A stretch of 64,000 nucleotides of DNA from Candidatus Latescibacterota bacterium (GCA_965203805.1 OZ241917.1:1376001-1440000); one strand, 5' to 3'. Counted from the stretch's first letter, positions 27,570 to 37,623 are shown. Program-made: numbers and translations. Notes: a model not told the origin generated them from the sequence alone.

Positions 27570-30493
27570 GTCTGCAACCTTTCTCCGCCGGGGTCGTAGA
27601 AGGGCCCGTGGTGAACATACGCGTCTTCGAGCTCGCCATTTCTGCGAATCTGAAACGACGTTCCGGCTTTCGCGGCCACGTTCGCAGGCAGCCAGCACAG
27701 GCCGATGGTCTCCCCGAGCGCCGGACTGAAGCGGCACGACGTCAACCAGCCGATGATCTCCTGTCTGCCGTTCCCGTCCAGGCGCACCGCCTGCAGCCCT
27801 TCTTCCGGCACGAGGTCAGGCCGGGCCATCCTGAAGCCCACGAGCCGCTGCGCCGTCCCCCGTTCCGACATCCTGGTCAACATGGGCTTGCCCAGGAAGT
27901 CCCGCTTGTTCAATTTCACGGCCCATTCCATATTCGCGGAAAATGGATCGGTCAGCGCGTCCGTGTCCTGGCCGACGATGATATGCGCCTTCTCCAGGCG
28001 GAGCACACGCTGGGCCTCCACGCCGAACGGCGCGATGTCGAATTCCTTCCCGGCCGCCATCAGCGCCTCCCAAACGTGCATTCCGAAAGACGCCGGGCAG
28101 TGGATTTCGTAGGAAAGCTCGCCCGTAAACCCGATGCGCAGAACCCTGCAAAGCACCCCGGCGACGCGGGTCGACCGGACACGCATGTACGGAAACTTCG
28201 GATTGCCCAGGTCCCGGTCCGTGAGAAGCCCAAGCACCTCCCTCGACCTCGGTCCCGCCAGGTTGAACGCAGCGTAGGAATCGGTGAGGTTGACCGCGTG
28301 CACCCCGTCTCCCCAGCCCGACTGAGCCCACCATTGAATCCATTCGAACACCGTCGTCGCGCCCGTGGACGTGGTGCTCATATACCATTCGTCTTCCTGA
28401 ATGCGGGCGCAAACGCCGTCGTCGATCACCACCCCTTCGTCGTTGCACATCACGCCGTACCGGACGCGGCCGACGCCCAGCTTACGCCACTGGTTGACGT
28501 ACAGCCTTTCGAGCAATTCAGGCACGCCCGGCCCGGTCAACTGGATCTTGCCCAGCGTACTCACGTCCATCAGACCCACCCGCTCGCGCACGGCCTTCAC
28601 TTCGGCGACGGGGTCCCCATAGTCTTCCGGGCGCAGCCAGAGGCCCGCCACCATCATCCTGGCGCCCCGCTCCAGATGCCACTGATGCGCGGGAGACACC
28701 TGAACGGGCTCCATGTTCTGGCCGGCCAGCGCGCCCAGCGTTACCGGCGCCACAGGCGGACGCGACGTGGTCTTTCCCGTCTCCTGCACCTGCGCGCCGT
28801 TCGCGCGGGCACAAAGATGCACCGTATTCATGGAGCACATCCTGCCCTGGCACGGACCCATGGAAATCGTGCTGTACCGTTTCAACAGCTCGAGACTGTC
28901 GTACCCTTCGACGATTGCCGTCTGCAAATCCACGTCGGTGACGTCTTCGCAATAGCAGAGAAACCTCTTTTTCCTGCCGGGTACCACCGTACGTGCAGAC
29001 GTCCGCACCGGCTCACCGGCCTTGCGGGCATGCAGGTCGGCGATTTCGGACGCGGCGGGACCGTCCCCGAAGCCCAGGAAGGCGGCGGCGCACCTTCCCG
29101 CGATTCGCCCGTCTTCGATGGCGCAGGCGGCCGTGCCGGCGCCCGCGGCGCGGCCCGCCACGAACATGCCTTCAGGCGCCTCCGCCGCCCGCGATTCCGA
29201 ACGTTGCTCATCGTAAACGGACTCGCCGCCCGCCATATGGAACAACGCGAGGTCCGGCGTCCAGCCCACGCTCACGACAACCAGGTCGCAAGGCACGTTT
29301 TGCGCCGCGGACCGGTCCGCCTCTCCCAGCGGACCGATCCGGGCGACCCTGGCTGCCTGAACGCGTTTCGACCCGACAGCCTCCAGAACGGTGTGCCGGA
29401 AATACGCGGGCACGCCGCGGGAAATCAGTTCGCCGGCGGCCGAATTCGGGGACGAGTGCCGTTCATCCACGACCGCGGCGATTTCAACGTTCGCCTCCGC
29501 CAGCTCCGCGGCCACGTCCCATCCATCGTCATTCGCCGTGACAACCAGGGCCCTCTCGCCCGGCTTCACGCCGTAGAGACGGACCAGCCGCTGCACAGCG
29601 CTTCCCAGCATCACTCCGGGGAGGTCATTGTGGTCGAACAGCAGCGGCGTCTCGATGGCGCCGGGCGCGACGACCACGGACTTCGCCCGTATCTTGAACA
29701 GTCGCGAACCCTTCACCGCGGCCAGCCAGTTGTCCTGGTACCAGCCCAGGACCGCCGTATCCGTGTAGACTTCAATGTCCGAACGGTTCGCCACCGACGA
29801 CCGCAACGTCTCCAACCGGCCGGGTCGGGACGGCGAATAGCGCAGCCGACCGCCCAGAGACGGCTCGACGTCGAAAAGCGCGACGCCTGCGCCCTGTTCC
29901 GCCGCCGCAACGGCCGCGGCCATCCCCGACGGCCCGCCGCCGATCACCGCCACGTCGGCGTGCAGGTACTCTTTGTCGAACGCGCCGGGCCGCGACGCGA
30001 GGTCCACTTTGCCCAGCCCCGCCGCACGGCGCAACACGTGCTCGTACGACGGCCAGAGCGCGGCGGGCCGGATAAAGGTCTTGTAGTAGAAACCCACCGG
30101 CATCAGCGGCGCGGCCAACTGCGTGAGCGAAAGCAGGTCGCGGTCAAGCGACGGCTGCGCGTTCTGGGAACAAACGGCCATTCCCGTTTCGACGCGGCGC
30201 GTGCACGCCCGGACGTTCGGCTCGTCGCCAATCTGGACCAGACAGTTCGGACATTGGCCCGCGCAGCACAGCAGACCCCTGGGCCGGTGATACTTGAACG
30301 ACCGGCTGAAGACCCGCACCCCGGAGGCGGCCAATGCCGATGCTATCGTGTCGCCCTCGTATCCGGCATAGTCCCGCCCGTCGAAGGTAAACGCCACGCG
30401 GGTCCCGCGATCGATCACCTCGCCGCTGCGCGGCGTCAGCCTGCGGGCATCCGTACCTGAACCGGCCTGAAGATGGGTCGTTTCAGTCGTCAT
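27566..30493 (-). CDS. soxA: sarcosine oxidase alpha / N-methylglutamate dehydrogenase large subunit
   Basis: GDTIASAL, SRSFKYHRPRG, GFYYKTF, VIGGGPSG, NDLPGVM, CYCEDV...GPCQG, TTSRPP, DVSTLGK, FTGELSYE, LRLEK. Confidence 0.93.
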   Translation of the reverse strand: MTTETTHLQAGSGTDARRLTPRSGEVIDRGTRVAFTFDGRDYAGYEGDTIASALAASGVRVFSRSFKYHRPRGLLCCAGQCPNCLVQIGDEPNVRACTRRVETGMAVCSQNAQPSLDRDLLSLTQLAAPLMPVGFYYKTFIRPAALWPSYEHVLRRAAGLGKVDLASRPGAFDKEYLHADVAVIGGGPSGMAAAVAAAEQGAGVALFDVEPSLGGRLRYSPSRPGRLETLRSSVANRSDIEVYTDTAVLGWYQDNWLAAVKGSRLFKIRAKSVVVAPGAIETPLLFDHNDLPGVMLGSAVQRLVRLYGVKPGERALVVTANDDGWDVAAELAEANVEIAAVVDERHSSPNSAAGELISRGVPAYFRHTVLEAVGSKRVQAARVARIGPLGEADRSAAQNVPCDLVVVSVGWTPDLALFHMAGGESVYDEQRSESRAAEAPEGMFVAGRAAGAGTAACAIEDGRIAGRCAAAFLGFGDGPAASEIADLHARKAGEPVRTSARTVVPGRKKRFLCYCEDVTDVDLQTAIVEGYDSLELLKRYSTISMGPCQGRMCSMNTVHLCARANGAQVQETGKTTSRPPVAPVTLGALAGQNMEPVQVSPAHQWHLERGARMMVAGLWLRPEDYGDPVAEVKAVRERVGLMDVSTLGKIQLTGPGVPELLERLYVNQWRKLGVGRVRYGVMCNDEGVVIDDGVCARIQEDEWYMSTTSTGATTVFEWIQWWAQSGWGDGVHAVNLTDSYAAFNLAGPRSREVLGLLTDRDLGNPKFPYMRVRSTRVAGVLCRVLRIGFTGELSYEIHCPASFGMHVWEALMAAGKEFDIAPFGVEAQRVLRLEKAHIIVGQDTDALTDPFSANMEWAVKLNKRDFLGKPMLTRMSERGTAQRLVGFRMARPDLVPEEGLQAVRLDGNGRQEIIGWLTSCRFSPALGETIGLCWLPANVAAKAGTSFQIRRNGELEDAYVHHGPFYDPGGERLQT

Positions 30494-30770
30494 CTGCGCC
30501 CTCGCGGGCCTCGTCTGCCTGCCAGACGTACGTCTTCAGGACTTCCTGCGTCTTCGTATGCCGTTCCGCCAGAAACCACAGGCCGCACCCCGCCTGGTGA
30601 AACCACCACGCTTTCTCCACGCCCAGCCTGTTGTCGCGCAGATAGAGATACGCGGCCAGTTCCGCGTCGCCGCAAGCGTCGGGGTCCGGAGGACGGGGAT
30701 TGTATTCACCCCCGAAGCGGAACTCGCTGACGTTTCGTTCGCCGCAATTCGGACAGGATAGAATCAACAT
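30483..30770 (-). CDS. soxD: sarcosine oxidase delta subunit
   Basis: LSCPNCGERNVSEFRFGGE ... WFHQAGCGLWFLAERHT (Zn ligands). Confidence 0.92.
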   Translation of the reverse strand: MLILSCPNCGERNVSEFRFGGEYNPRPPDPDACGDAELAAYLYLRDNRLGVEKAWWFHQAGCGLWFLAERHTKTQEVLKTYVWQADEAREGADDD

Positions 30771-30842
30771 CAAACGCTCGGATTCCGGGTCCGCGCTGAA
30801 ACCTGCATGACCGCAAGGCCGACCCTGTTCGCCACTTTGCCG

Positions 30843-32081
30843 TCAATGACCCACCGACGCCGCGCCCTTTTCGCCGACCAGGTCGAATTCCTCGAACCTG
30901 GACAGGCGGAACGGTCGAATCAGGTCCGGGGTGCGTTCGCTGGCGATCAGTTCGGCCATGGTGCGGCCGCAAATGGGGGATGCCTTGAACCCGTAGGTGC
31001 CCCAACCCACGTCCACGAGAAAGCCGTGCACCGGCGTAACGCCCATGATGGGACTGTAGTCGGGCGTCATATCGCACAGCCCCGCCCACTGGCGCAACAC
31101 CCGCACCCTGCTCAGGAACGGAAACAGCTCCAGCATGTGTCCGGCGATGCTCTCCATAAACGCCAGCGAAGAATCCATCGAATAGGACGTATAGGGATCC
31201 ACGCTCGCGCCCATCACCAGTTCGCCGCGGTCGGACTGGCTTACGTACACGTGCAGGCTTCCCGACACGATGACCACGTCCAGAAACGGCTTCAGGGGCT
31301 CGGTGACGCATGCCTGAAGCGGAAAGGTGGTCAGGGGCAGGCGAACGCCCGCCATGTCGGCGATGGTCGACCCCCATCCCGCCGTCGCGTTCAACACCGT
31401 ACCGGTCTTGATGTATCCCCCCGTCGTTTCCACGCCGACCACGCGGTCGCCCTGCACGTCAATCCCGGTTACCGCGGTCTGCTGGTGGATGTGAACGCCT
31501 CGCCGGTCGGCCTGGTGGGCATAACCCCATACGACGGCGTCGTGACGGACGATGCCGCCGGGAGGATGGTACAGAGCGGCCAGAATCGGGTAGCGGGGAT
31601 GATCGCTGACGTCGATGCCCGGGCACAGCCTCTCGATTTCATCGGGCCATATCAGCTCCGACACAACGCCCTGAAGCTTATTCACCTCCGCCCGCCGGCG
31701 CATGGTGCGCACCGCCCCGTCGGTATGCGCCAGCGTGAGGTGCCCGCGCTGGCTGAACATGACGTTGAAGTCCAGCTCCGTCGCCATCCGCTCGTACAGC
31801 CGCACGCTTTCATCGTAGAAGCGCACGCCTTCAGGGGTCAGGTAATTGCTGCGGATAATGGCGGTATTCCGCCCGCTCCCTCCGGAACCGATGTACCCCC
31901 GTTCAATGATGGCGACGTCCGTTATGCCGTGTTCCACGGCCAGATAGTAGGCGCAGGCCAGCCCGTGGGCGCCTCCGCCCACGATCACCACGTCGTAACG
32001 GTCCTTGACGGGACGCGGCCGCCACATCCTGGGCAAGAGCCCGTTCCCGTTCAGCGCCTGGCGGATCAGCTTGAATGACAC
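30843..32081 (-). CDS. soxB: sarcosine oxidase beta / N-methylglutamate dehydrogenase FAD subunit
   Basis: YDVVIVGGGAHGLA, GSGRNTAIIRSNY, FSQRGHLTLAH, LQACVTEP, RQWAG...TPDYSPI, GWGTYGFKA. GTG start inferred. Confidence 0.92.
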   Translation of the reverse strand: MSFKLIRQALNGNGLLPRMWRPRPVKDRYDVVIVGGGAHGLACAYYLAVEHGITDVAIIERGYIGSGGSGRNTAIIRSNYLTPEGVRFYDESVRLYERMATELDFNVMFSQRGHLTLAHTDGAVRTMRRRAEVNKLQGVVSELIWPDEIERLCPGIDVSDHPRYPILAALYHPPGGIVRHDAVVWGYAHQADRRGVHIHQQTAVTGIDVQGDRVVGVETTGGYIKTGTVLNATAGWGSTIADMAGVRLPLTTFPLQACVTEPLKPFLDVVIVSGSLHVYVSQSDRGELVMGASVDPYTSYSMDSSLAFMESIAGHMLELFPFLSRVRVLRQWAGLCDMTPDYSPIMGVTPVHGFLVDVGWGTYGFKASPICGRTMAELIASERTPDLIRPFRLSRFEEFDLVGEKGAASVGH

Positions 32082-32133
32082 GAAACCGTCCCTTATAACC
32101 CGGGCCTGTACCCGACGACGCGGGAGTCCACTT

Positions 32134-33480
32134 CTATTGCCAGCCGGGTCCGCCCCCGGCGACACGGTTCGTACCGACCAGCGGAAGATTGCAGATCATG
32201 GACGCTTCCGAAGTCAGCGCGCGCATGTCTTCCGGCTCCAGGTCGTGTACGTCGGCCTTGCCGCACGCCCGCGCCAGAATCTGAATTTCTGACGTCATGG
32301 CCTGCAGGAGGTTGGCCACGCGCTCGGCTGCTTCGTCCACGTGGAGCCTCGCCATCAGATCGGCGTCCTGCGTGGTTATGCCCACCGGACAGCGACCTGT
32401 ATGGCAGTGATGACAGCGGTATGGCTCCGCGCCCAGCGCCCGATAGTCCTCCACGTGAATCGGTTTGTTGCAGTTCAATGCCATCAGTGCCGCCGTGCCG
32501 ATGTATACCGCGTCGGCGCCCAGCGCCATGGCCTTGGCGGCGTCGACGCCGTTCCGGATGCCGCCCGCGATGATCAGCTGCACCTTTCCGTACATGCCGA
32601 TATCTTCGAGCGCCGCCCGCGCCTCACATACCGCCGCCAGCGTGGGAATGCCCGTATGCTCCTGGCAGATTTCCGCGGACGCCCCGGTGCCGCCCTCCAT
32701 GCCGTCCACCACGACCACGTCGGCCCCGGCCTTGGCCGCCAGGCGGACGTCGTCGAATACCCGCGTGGCGCCCATCTTGACGAAAATCGGGACCTGCCAG
32801 TCCGTGGCCTCACGCAACTCCTCAATCTTGATGATCATATCGTCCGGACCCAGGAAATCCGGGTGCCGCGCAGGACTCCGCTGGTCCACGCCGAGGGGCA
32901 GGTCCCGCTGCGACGCCACGTCGCCGAGCACCTTGGCGCCCAGCAGCAATCCCCCCGTGCCGGGCTTGGCGCCCTGTCCGATCGTGAGTTCGATCCCGTC
33001 GGCGACCCGGAGGTCGTGCACGTTGATCCCGTACCGGGACGGCAGGACCTCGTAGACCAGCACCTTGCTTTCCTCCCGCTCCGCCTTCAACATCCCGCCG
33101 TCGCCGGTCGTATTGGAGGACCCGACCATGTTGGCGCCGCGAGCCAGCGCCACCTTGGCGTTGTAGGACAGCGCGCCCCAACTCATGCCGGTGATCATGA
33201 TGGGCGTATCCAGCACGATGGGTTTTTCCGCATAACGACCGCCGAGAACCGTTTCCGCCGAGCAGCGCTCCCGGTATCCTTCCAGCGGAATTCGCGTCAA
33301 CGTGCAGGGAATGAAGGTCAGGTCGTCGAACGTGGGCCACCGCCGTTCCCGCAACGTACCGAACCCACGAATCCGGTACCGACCCAGTTCGGCCTTCACC
33401 TGGATGTCTTCGATGACGGCGGGCGTGAACGTACCGCTGGCCTGCGCCGGATGAAAGCTCCCGTTTTGGTCTTCCACCAT
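32134..33480 (-). CDS. FMN-binding glutamate synthase family subunit, MgsC/GlxD-like
   Basis: ITGMSWGALS, TTGDGGM, GQGAKPGTGG, RSPARHPD, DGMEGGTGA, AGGIRNG, CHHCHTGRCPVGITTQD (3Fe-4S). Confidence 0.92.
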   Translation of the reverse strand: MVEDQNGSFHPAQASGTFTPAVIEDIQVKAELGRYRIRGFGTLRERRWPTFDDLTFIPCTLTRIPLEGYRERCSAETVLGGRYAEKPIVLDTPIMITGMSWGALSYNAKVALARGANMVGSSNTTGDGGMLKAEREESKVLVYEVLPSRYGINVHDLRVADGIELTIGQGAKPGTGGLLLGAKVLGDVASQRDLPLGVDQRSPARHPDFLGPDDMIIKIEELREATDWQVPIFVKMGATRVFDDVRLAAKAGADVVVVDGMEGGTGASAEICQEHTGIPTLAAVCEARAALEDIGMYGKVQLIIAGGIRNGVDAAKAMALGADAVYIGTAALMALNCNKPIHVEDYRALGAEPYRCHHCHTGRCPVGITTQDADLMARLHVDEAAERVANLLQAMTSEIQILARACGKADVHDLEPEDMRALTSEASMICNLPLVGTNRVAGGGPGWQ

Positions 33481-33554
33481 TGTCGCCCTGTTCGGATTGA
33501 ATGCGGATCGGTACGCCGCCGCCGGCATGCGCCGACGGATCTCGCCGTTCAGCC

Positions 33555-34250
33555 TTACAACGCTTCCCGCCAGACCGCGCGCTCGTCCTTGTCGAAATTC
33601 CAGAGCTTGCGCCCGGCCACCACTTTCTTGAACGACGTTACGTCCAGCCGCCTGTCCAGATGTTCCTGTACGGAAGCGCTCAGAAAGGCGAGATCGGCCT
33701 CGCCGGGCGTTTCGACCACCGCGTCATTGCCGAGTTCCGCGATCTCTCCCCCAACGAAACATTCGGTCTCGTACATCGAATCGGCGAAGGCGTCGCCGGT
33801 GTCGCCGCAAACAATAATGCGACCCCTCTGTCCCATGAAGCCGGCCATATACCCGCAATCCCCGCCGACGACGATCAGCCCGCCCTTCATTGCCACGCCC
33901 AGCCGCGCTGAGGCGTGACCCCGTACGACCACGGTCCCCCCGCGAACGGACGCCGCGGAACCGTTGCCCGCGTTGCCGTGGACGATGACCTTCCCGCTCA
34001 TCATCGACTCCGCCAGACCCCATCCCGCGCTTCCCTTCACCTCGACGGTCGCCCCGTCTATCATGCCGCCGCAATAATATCCCACGCTACCCTCCAGCGT
34101 GAGATGGACCGGATCCAGGAGCGCCACGCCGAGGTTATGCCGCGCGCACGGGTCGAGGACACGCACCCTGCTTTCCCCCGCGGCAACGAACGCCCGGATC
34201 TCCCGGTTGATCTCCCGTGTCGTCTTTCCGTTGCAGGTCAGTTGTGCCAT
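33555..34250 (-). CDS. GXGXG domain protein, MgsB/GlxC-like, copy 1
   Basis: TREINREIR, ARHNLGV, GSVGYYCGG, GWGLAESMMSG, GVAMKGG, GFMGQRG, AGRKLWNFD. Confidence 0.88.
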   Translation of the reverse strand: MAQLTCNGKTTREINREIRAFVAAGESRVRVLDPCARHNLGVALLDPVHLTLEGSVGYYCGGMIDGATVEVKGSAGWGLAESMMSGKVIVHGNAGNGSAASVRGGTVVVRGHASARLGVAMKGGLIVVGGDCGYMAGFMGQRGRIIVCGDTGDAFADSMYETECFVGGEIAELGNDAVVETPGEADLAFLSASVQEHLDRRLDVTSFKKVVAGRKLWNFDKDERAVWREAL

Positions 34251-35143
34251 AGCCGCATGTCCTTCGCACGGGCTTCAACCACGTCGTAGGCGCCATCGAG
34301 GGCCGAACGGAACGCGATCTCTTCCGTGGCCACCGCCGCAAAATCGGCCGTTTCCGCAAAGAGCAACGGCTTGAACGCGTAGGGGTCCCGAACGAAGCCG
34401 ACAGCGTCGGGTGTGGCCACCAGATAGCTGAACGAGCCGTCCAGTTCTACCAGAGAGGCGGCCATCGCCGCCTCCAGGTCCTTTCCGTCCGCAAGTTTCC
34501 GGTGCAGGTACATTCCGATAATTTCGGAGTCGTTCTCGGTATAGAACCTTGCGCCGTCCTGCTCGTAGATGCGCCGCAACTTGTGATAGTTGGTGATGTG
34601 CCCGTTGTGCACAACGGCAAGATCGGGATGTCCGTGGGCCCAGAACGGCTGTGAGTGGCTCAGATCGATTCGGGACTCGGTGGAAAGGCGGGTGTGGCCG
34701 ATGCCGTGGGTCCCTTCGAAGCCGGATATCCCGTATGTCTCGTCCAGATTGCGCGGAGATCCGACCTGCTTTACAATTTCCAGCCGGCGCCCCATGCTCA
34801 CCACCTCGACACCGTCGCCCGCGGCCTCGATGGCCTGCTCGAGTCGTCTGGCTTCGCCTCCGTACACGAGAGCAAGCCGCAGGTATTCCGCCGTGCGGGC
34901 GTGCTCTGACACGACACCGAATGCCTCCGCCCGCGAAACGACCCGCCGCGCCGTCGCCTCGTAATCTGCATCTTCCCCCAGACTCACGCGCAACACCAGA
35001 CGCCCGTCCCGCCCCTCGCCATACAGTGCAACGCCTGCCGAGTCCGGCCCTCGGCAATCCAGCGCGTTCAGCATTTTCAAGACGGTCTGACCAAGCCCGC
35101 AGGCGTTCTCCTGACGGTTCCAGAATCCCACAATTCCGCACAT
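34238..35143 (-). CDS. class II glutamine amidotransferase, MgsA/GlxB-like, copy 1
   Basis: MCGIVG, CRGPDSAG, IGHTRLSTES, VHNGHITNY, ENDSEII, RDPYAFKPL, ATEEIA. Confidence 0.9.
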   Translation of the reverse strand: MCGIVGFWNRQENACGLGQTVLKMLNALDCRGPDSAGVALYGEGRDGRLVLRVSLGEDADYEATARRVVSRAEAFGVVSEHARTAEYLRLALVYGGEARRLEQAIEAAGDGVEVVSMGRRLEIVKQVGSPRNLDETYGISGFEGTHGIGHTRLSTESRIDLSHSQPFWAHGHPDLAVVHNGHITNYHKLRRIYEQDGARFYTENDSEIIGMYLHRKLADGKDLEAAMAASLVELDGSFSYLVATPDAVGFVRDPYAFKPLLFAETADFAAVATEEIAFRSALDGAYDVVEARAKDMRLWHN

Positions 35144-35202
35144 TGTCTTTTCTCCGGAAATGCACAAAAAAATCCGTACCGACTTCGATGAAGCGGGTAC
35201 GG

Positions 35203-35231
35203 ATGATCGCACCGCACCGGATAAATGTCAA
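35203..35231 (-). promoter_or_regulatory. sigma70-type promoter for the amine-utilisation operon
   Basis: Minus strand TTGACA (35231-35226), 17 nt, GATCAT (35208-35203) preceded by TGc (extended -10). Confidence 0.5.
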
Positions 35232-35257
35232 GCCAAACTTGGTTTGCGCCCCGTCCC

Positions 35258-36607
35258 CTATCGGGCGGCCCCGCAGCACCGCTTGAATTTTCTTCCGCTG
35301 CCGCAGGGACACGGCTCGTTACGGCCCGCGCTTCGGGCCCGGGAGGCCGCCCGTCGGGATTCCCTGGCCCGCACCCAATGCATCACGTTCGCCGCGGGCC
35401 GGCCGGCCGCGAGTTCTTTCGCCATCATTTGCATGTAGGGGTCCACGTGGCCGAAGAACATCTTGTACCCCGTGCAGAGGTAGTTCAGCCCTGCCTCCCC
35501 GTCGGGCGTGTGGATGAACCTCTGCTTGGGGCAGCCCCCGTTGCAGGCAAACTTGTAGTCGCAGGCCCTGCAGTACGCCGGCAGCGTATCCCGCTTGTCG
35601 GAACCGAATTTTTCCTGCAGGGGGCTGGACACCATTTCACGAATGCTCTTTTCGCGGACGTTGCCGAGATTGTACCGGGGATAAACGAAATGGTCGCAGG
35701 AATACAGATCTCCATTGTGTTCGATGATCAGCGCCCTGCCGCACTTTTCCGCGAAGATGCAGAGACTGGCGTCCTGGCCCATCCAGCTTCCCAGCGCGAT
35801 ATCGAACATCTGGACGAAATACCGGCCAACGTCCTTCCGGACCCATTCGTCGAAGACCGCGCAAAGGAACCGGCCGTACTGCGCCGAGCCCACCGACCAC
35901 TTCGAAACCTGAGCCCGCCCGTCGAACTCCGGCGCCACAAGCTCCAGGAGATCGTCACCAGGCGAGTCCGCGATTCGCTCCACAATCGGGATGAACTGCA
36001 TGTAGCGGCTCCCGATGGACTTGAGAAAGCGATACACTTCCACCGGATAATCCGCGTTATGGGCCTGCAGCACCGTGAGGGTATTGTACTCCACCCGGTG
36101 TTTCTTCAGGACGTCCAGACCCGCCATCACGCGGTCGAACGTGGGCTTTCCCCCTTTGTCCACTCGGTACCTGTCGTGCATCTCCCGCGGTCCGTCCACG
36201 GACAATCCCACCAGAAACCCGTGTTCAGCCAGAAACTCCCCCCACTCGTCGTCGAGCAGGATTCCGTTGGTCTGGAAGGCGTTCGTGATGGTCCTGCCAT
36301 CGGCATACGTCTCCTGGAAGTCCACCGCCCGCCGGTAGAAATCCACGCCCATCAGCGTGGGTTCGCCGCCCTGCCAGGCGAAATGCACCTCCGGAACATC
36401 CTGCGCTTCGATGTAATGGCGGACGTACAACTCCAGCGTCTCGTCGTCCATTCGCCAGTTCCCGCCGGCGTCGGGATACAGCTTTTCCTTCTCCAGGTAG
36501 AAACAGTACTTGCAGTCGATATTGCAGACGGCGCCGGATGGCTTTGCCATCACGTGACAGGCCTCGGCGCCCTGGATGGTCGTCTCGTCGATTGCCATTT
36601 CGGTCAT
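35258..36607 (-). CDS. anaerobic sulfatase maturase (radical SAM/SPASM) with C-terminal SEC-C motif
   Basis: KPSGAVCNIDCKYCFY, WQGGEPTL, QTNG, YSCDHFV, CRACDYKFACNGGCPK, GRNEPCPCGSGRKFKRCCG. Confidence 0.93.
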   Translation of the reverse strand: MTEMAIDETTIQGAEACHVMAKPSGAVCNIDCKYCFYLEKEKLYPDAGGNWRMDDETLELYVRHYIEAQDVPEVHFAWQGGEPTLMGVDFYRRAVDFQETYADGRTITNAFQTNGILLDDEWGEFLAEHGFLVGLSVDGPREMHDRYRVDKGGKPTFDRVMAGLDVLKKHRVEYNTLTVLQAHNADYPVEVYRFLKSIGSRYMQFIPIVERIADSPGDDLLELVAPEFDGRAQVSKWSVGSAQYGRFLCAVFDEWVRKDVGRYFVQMFDIALGSWMGQDASLCIFAEKCGRALIIEHNGDLYSCDHFVYPRYNLGNVREKSIREMVSSPLQEKFGSDKRDTLPAYCRACDYKFACNGGCPKQRFIHTPDGEAGLNYLCTGYKMFFGHVDPYMQMMAKELAAGRPAANVMHWVRARESRRAASRARSAGRNEPCPCGSGRKFKRCCGAAR

Positions 36608-36657
36608 CCGGTTTGAAATGCCACGGCCTGCGCCCGGCATACGCTGCAGGAACCCGT

Positions 36658-37503
36658 CTACGCGTCGTCCAACGCGGCAGGATCGAACGACCTGACGTGC
36701 GCGTCGCCGCCGCTTGCAGTCCCCTTCCACGCGTAGGGGTCTTCTCCCGCCACCATAATGATGCCCCGGTAGTCTGCCCTCGCCATCCTTCCATCGTCCG
36801 GCGCGTGCCACGGCAGAAGCGAGTAAGCGTTCATGTAGTGATTCACCAGGACCCTCCGGAACCGGTCGGAGCGGTTCTTTCGCGAGCGGTGCAACAGGTA
36901 ACCGTTAAAAAAAACCACGGCTCCCGCACGGCACGCCACCGGTATTTCACCCTGGTCATCGAAGCCGTAGGACTCCTGGGCGGAGTCGAACTCGTCCGGC
37001 CGCCCGTGCGAACGCTGGGGAAACAGATAGCCGGTCCGGTGGGACCCGGGAAGGACCCACATGCACCCATTCTCTACGGTCGCGTCGTCCAGCGCGTACC
37101 AGGCGCCGGTAAGGCTTCTGTCGCGCGTGGGGATGTACACCTCGTCCTGATGCCAGGCCTGGCCGGGAAACCCGGGCGGCTTGATGAACAGCATGGTCTG
37201 CATGCATTTGACGTCGGGCGCCACCAGCCGTGAAAGCGCCCTGGAAACCCCCCGATGCGCGAGGGCCCTCCGCATGAACGGGCTGATGTGGTGCGGCTGG
37301 TGGATGCACAGATATTGCGAAAGGGCCGCTTCGTCGGACATCACGTTGGGCACCGGCTTGAGACTCTCGCTTTTGTAAGCTCCGCGACAGAGCTTTACCG
37401 CATCACCACGAATAGACGCCACGTCCTCTTCGCTCAGCAGCCCTTCTACGACCAGATACCCCTGTTCCCGGTAGGACTCGACCTGTGCTATCGAAAGTTC
37501 CAT
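36658..37503 (-). CDS. PhyH family 2OG-Fe(II) dioxygenase
   Basis: YREQGY, FIKPPGFPGQAWHQD, ENGCMWVLPGSH, LLHRSRKNRS. Confidence 0.92.
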   Translation of the reverse strand: MELSIAQVESYREQGYLVVEGLLSEEDVASIRGDAVKLCRGAYKSESLKPVPNVMSDEAALSQYLCIHQPHHISPFMRRALAHRGVSRALSRLVAPDVKCMQTMLFIKPPGFPGQAWHQDEVYIPTRDRSLTGAWYALDDATVENGCMWVLPGSHRTGYLFPQRSHGRPDEFDSAQESYGFDDQGEIPVACRAGAVVFFNGYLLHRSRKNRSDRFRRVLVNHYMNAYSLLPWHAPDDGRMARADYRGIIMVAGEDPYAWKGTASGGDAHVRSFDPAALDDA

Positions 37504-37550
37504 CGCATATCCCCGCGTTTACGACGGTTTCCGCTGACGTAACTTACTGA

Positions 37551-37579
37551 AAAATAATCGCGGGTCGCCCGATTGTCAA
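37551..37579 (-). promoter_or_regulatory. sigma70-type promoter for phyH/maturase
   Basis: Minus strand TTGACA (37579-37574), 17 nt, TATTTT (37556-37551). Confidence 0.55.
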
Positions 37580-37623
37580 TGCCGGGCGTTACCGTCCGGG
37601 TTCAAACAACATCGTACCGGACA

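Noticed and set aside
27488-30460. 990-aa plus-strand ORF and similar long antisense ORFs (e.g. 16167-17909, 24342-25964, 32341-33918, 42078-43544)
   Set aside because: Arg/Pro/His-rich shadow frames expected opposite high-GC genes; no motifs, fully overlapping well-supported CDSs.
17112-32081. complete creatinine-creatine-sarcosine pathway
   Set aside because: No creatinase in the window. The sox-like genes sit within glutamate-synthase/GS-like genes, favouring N-methylglutamate dehydrogenase, and the creatininase-fold gene is coupled to a lactonase and sugar kinase.
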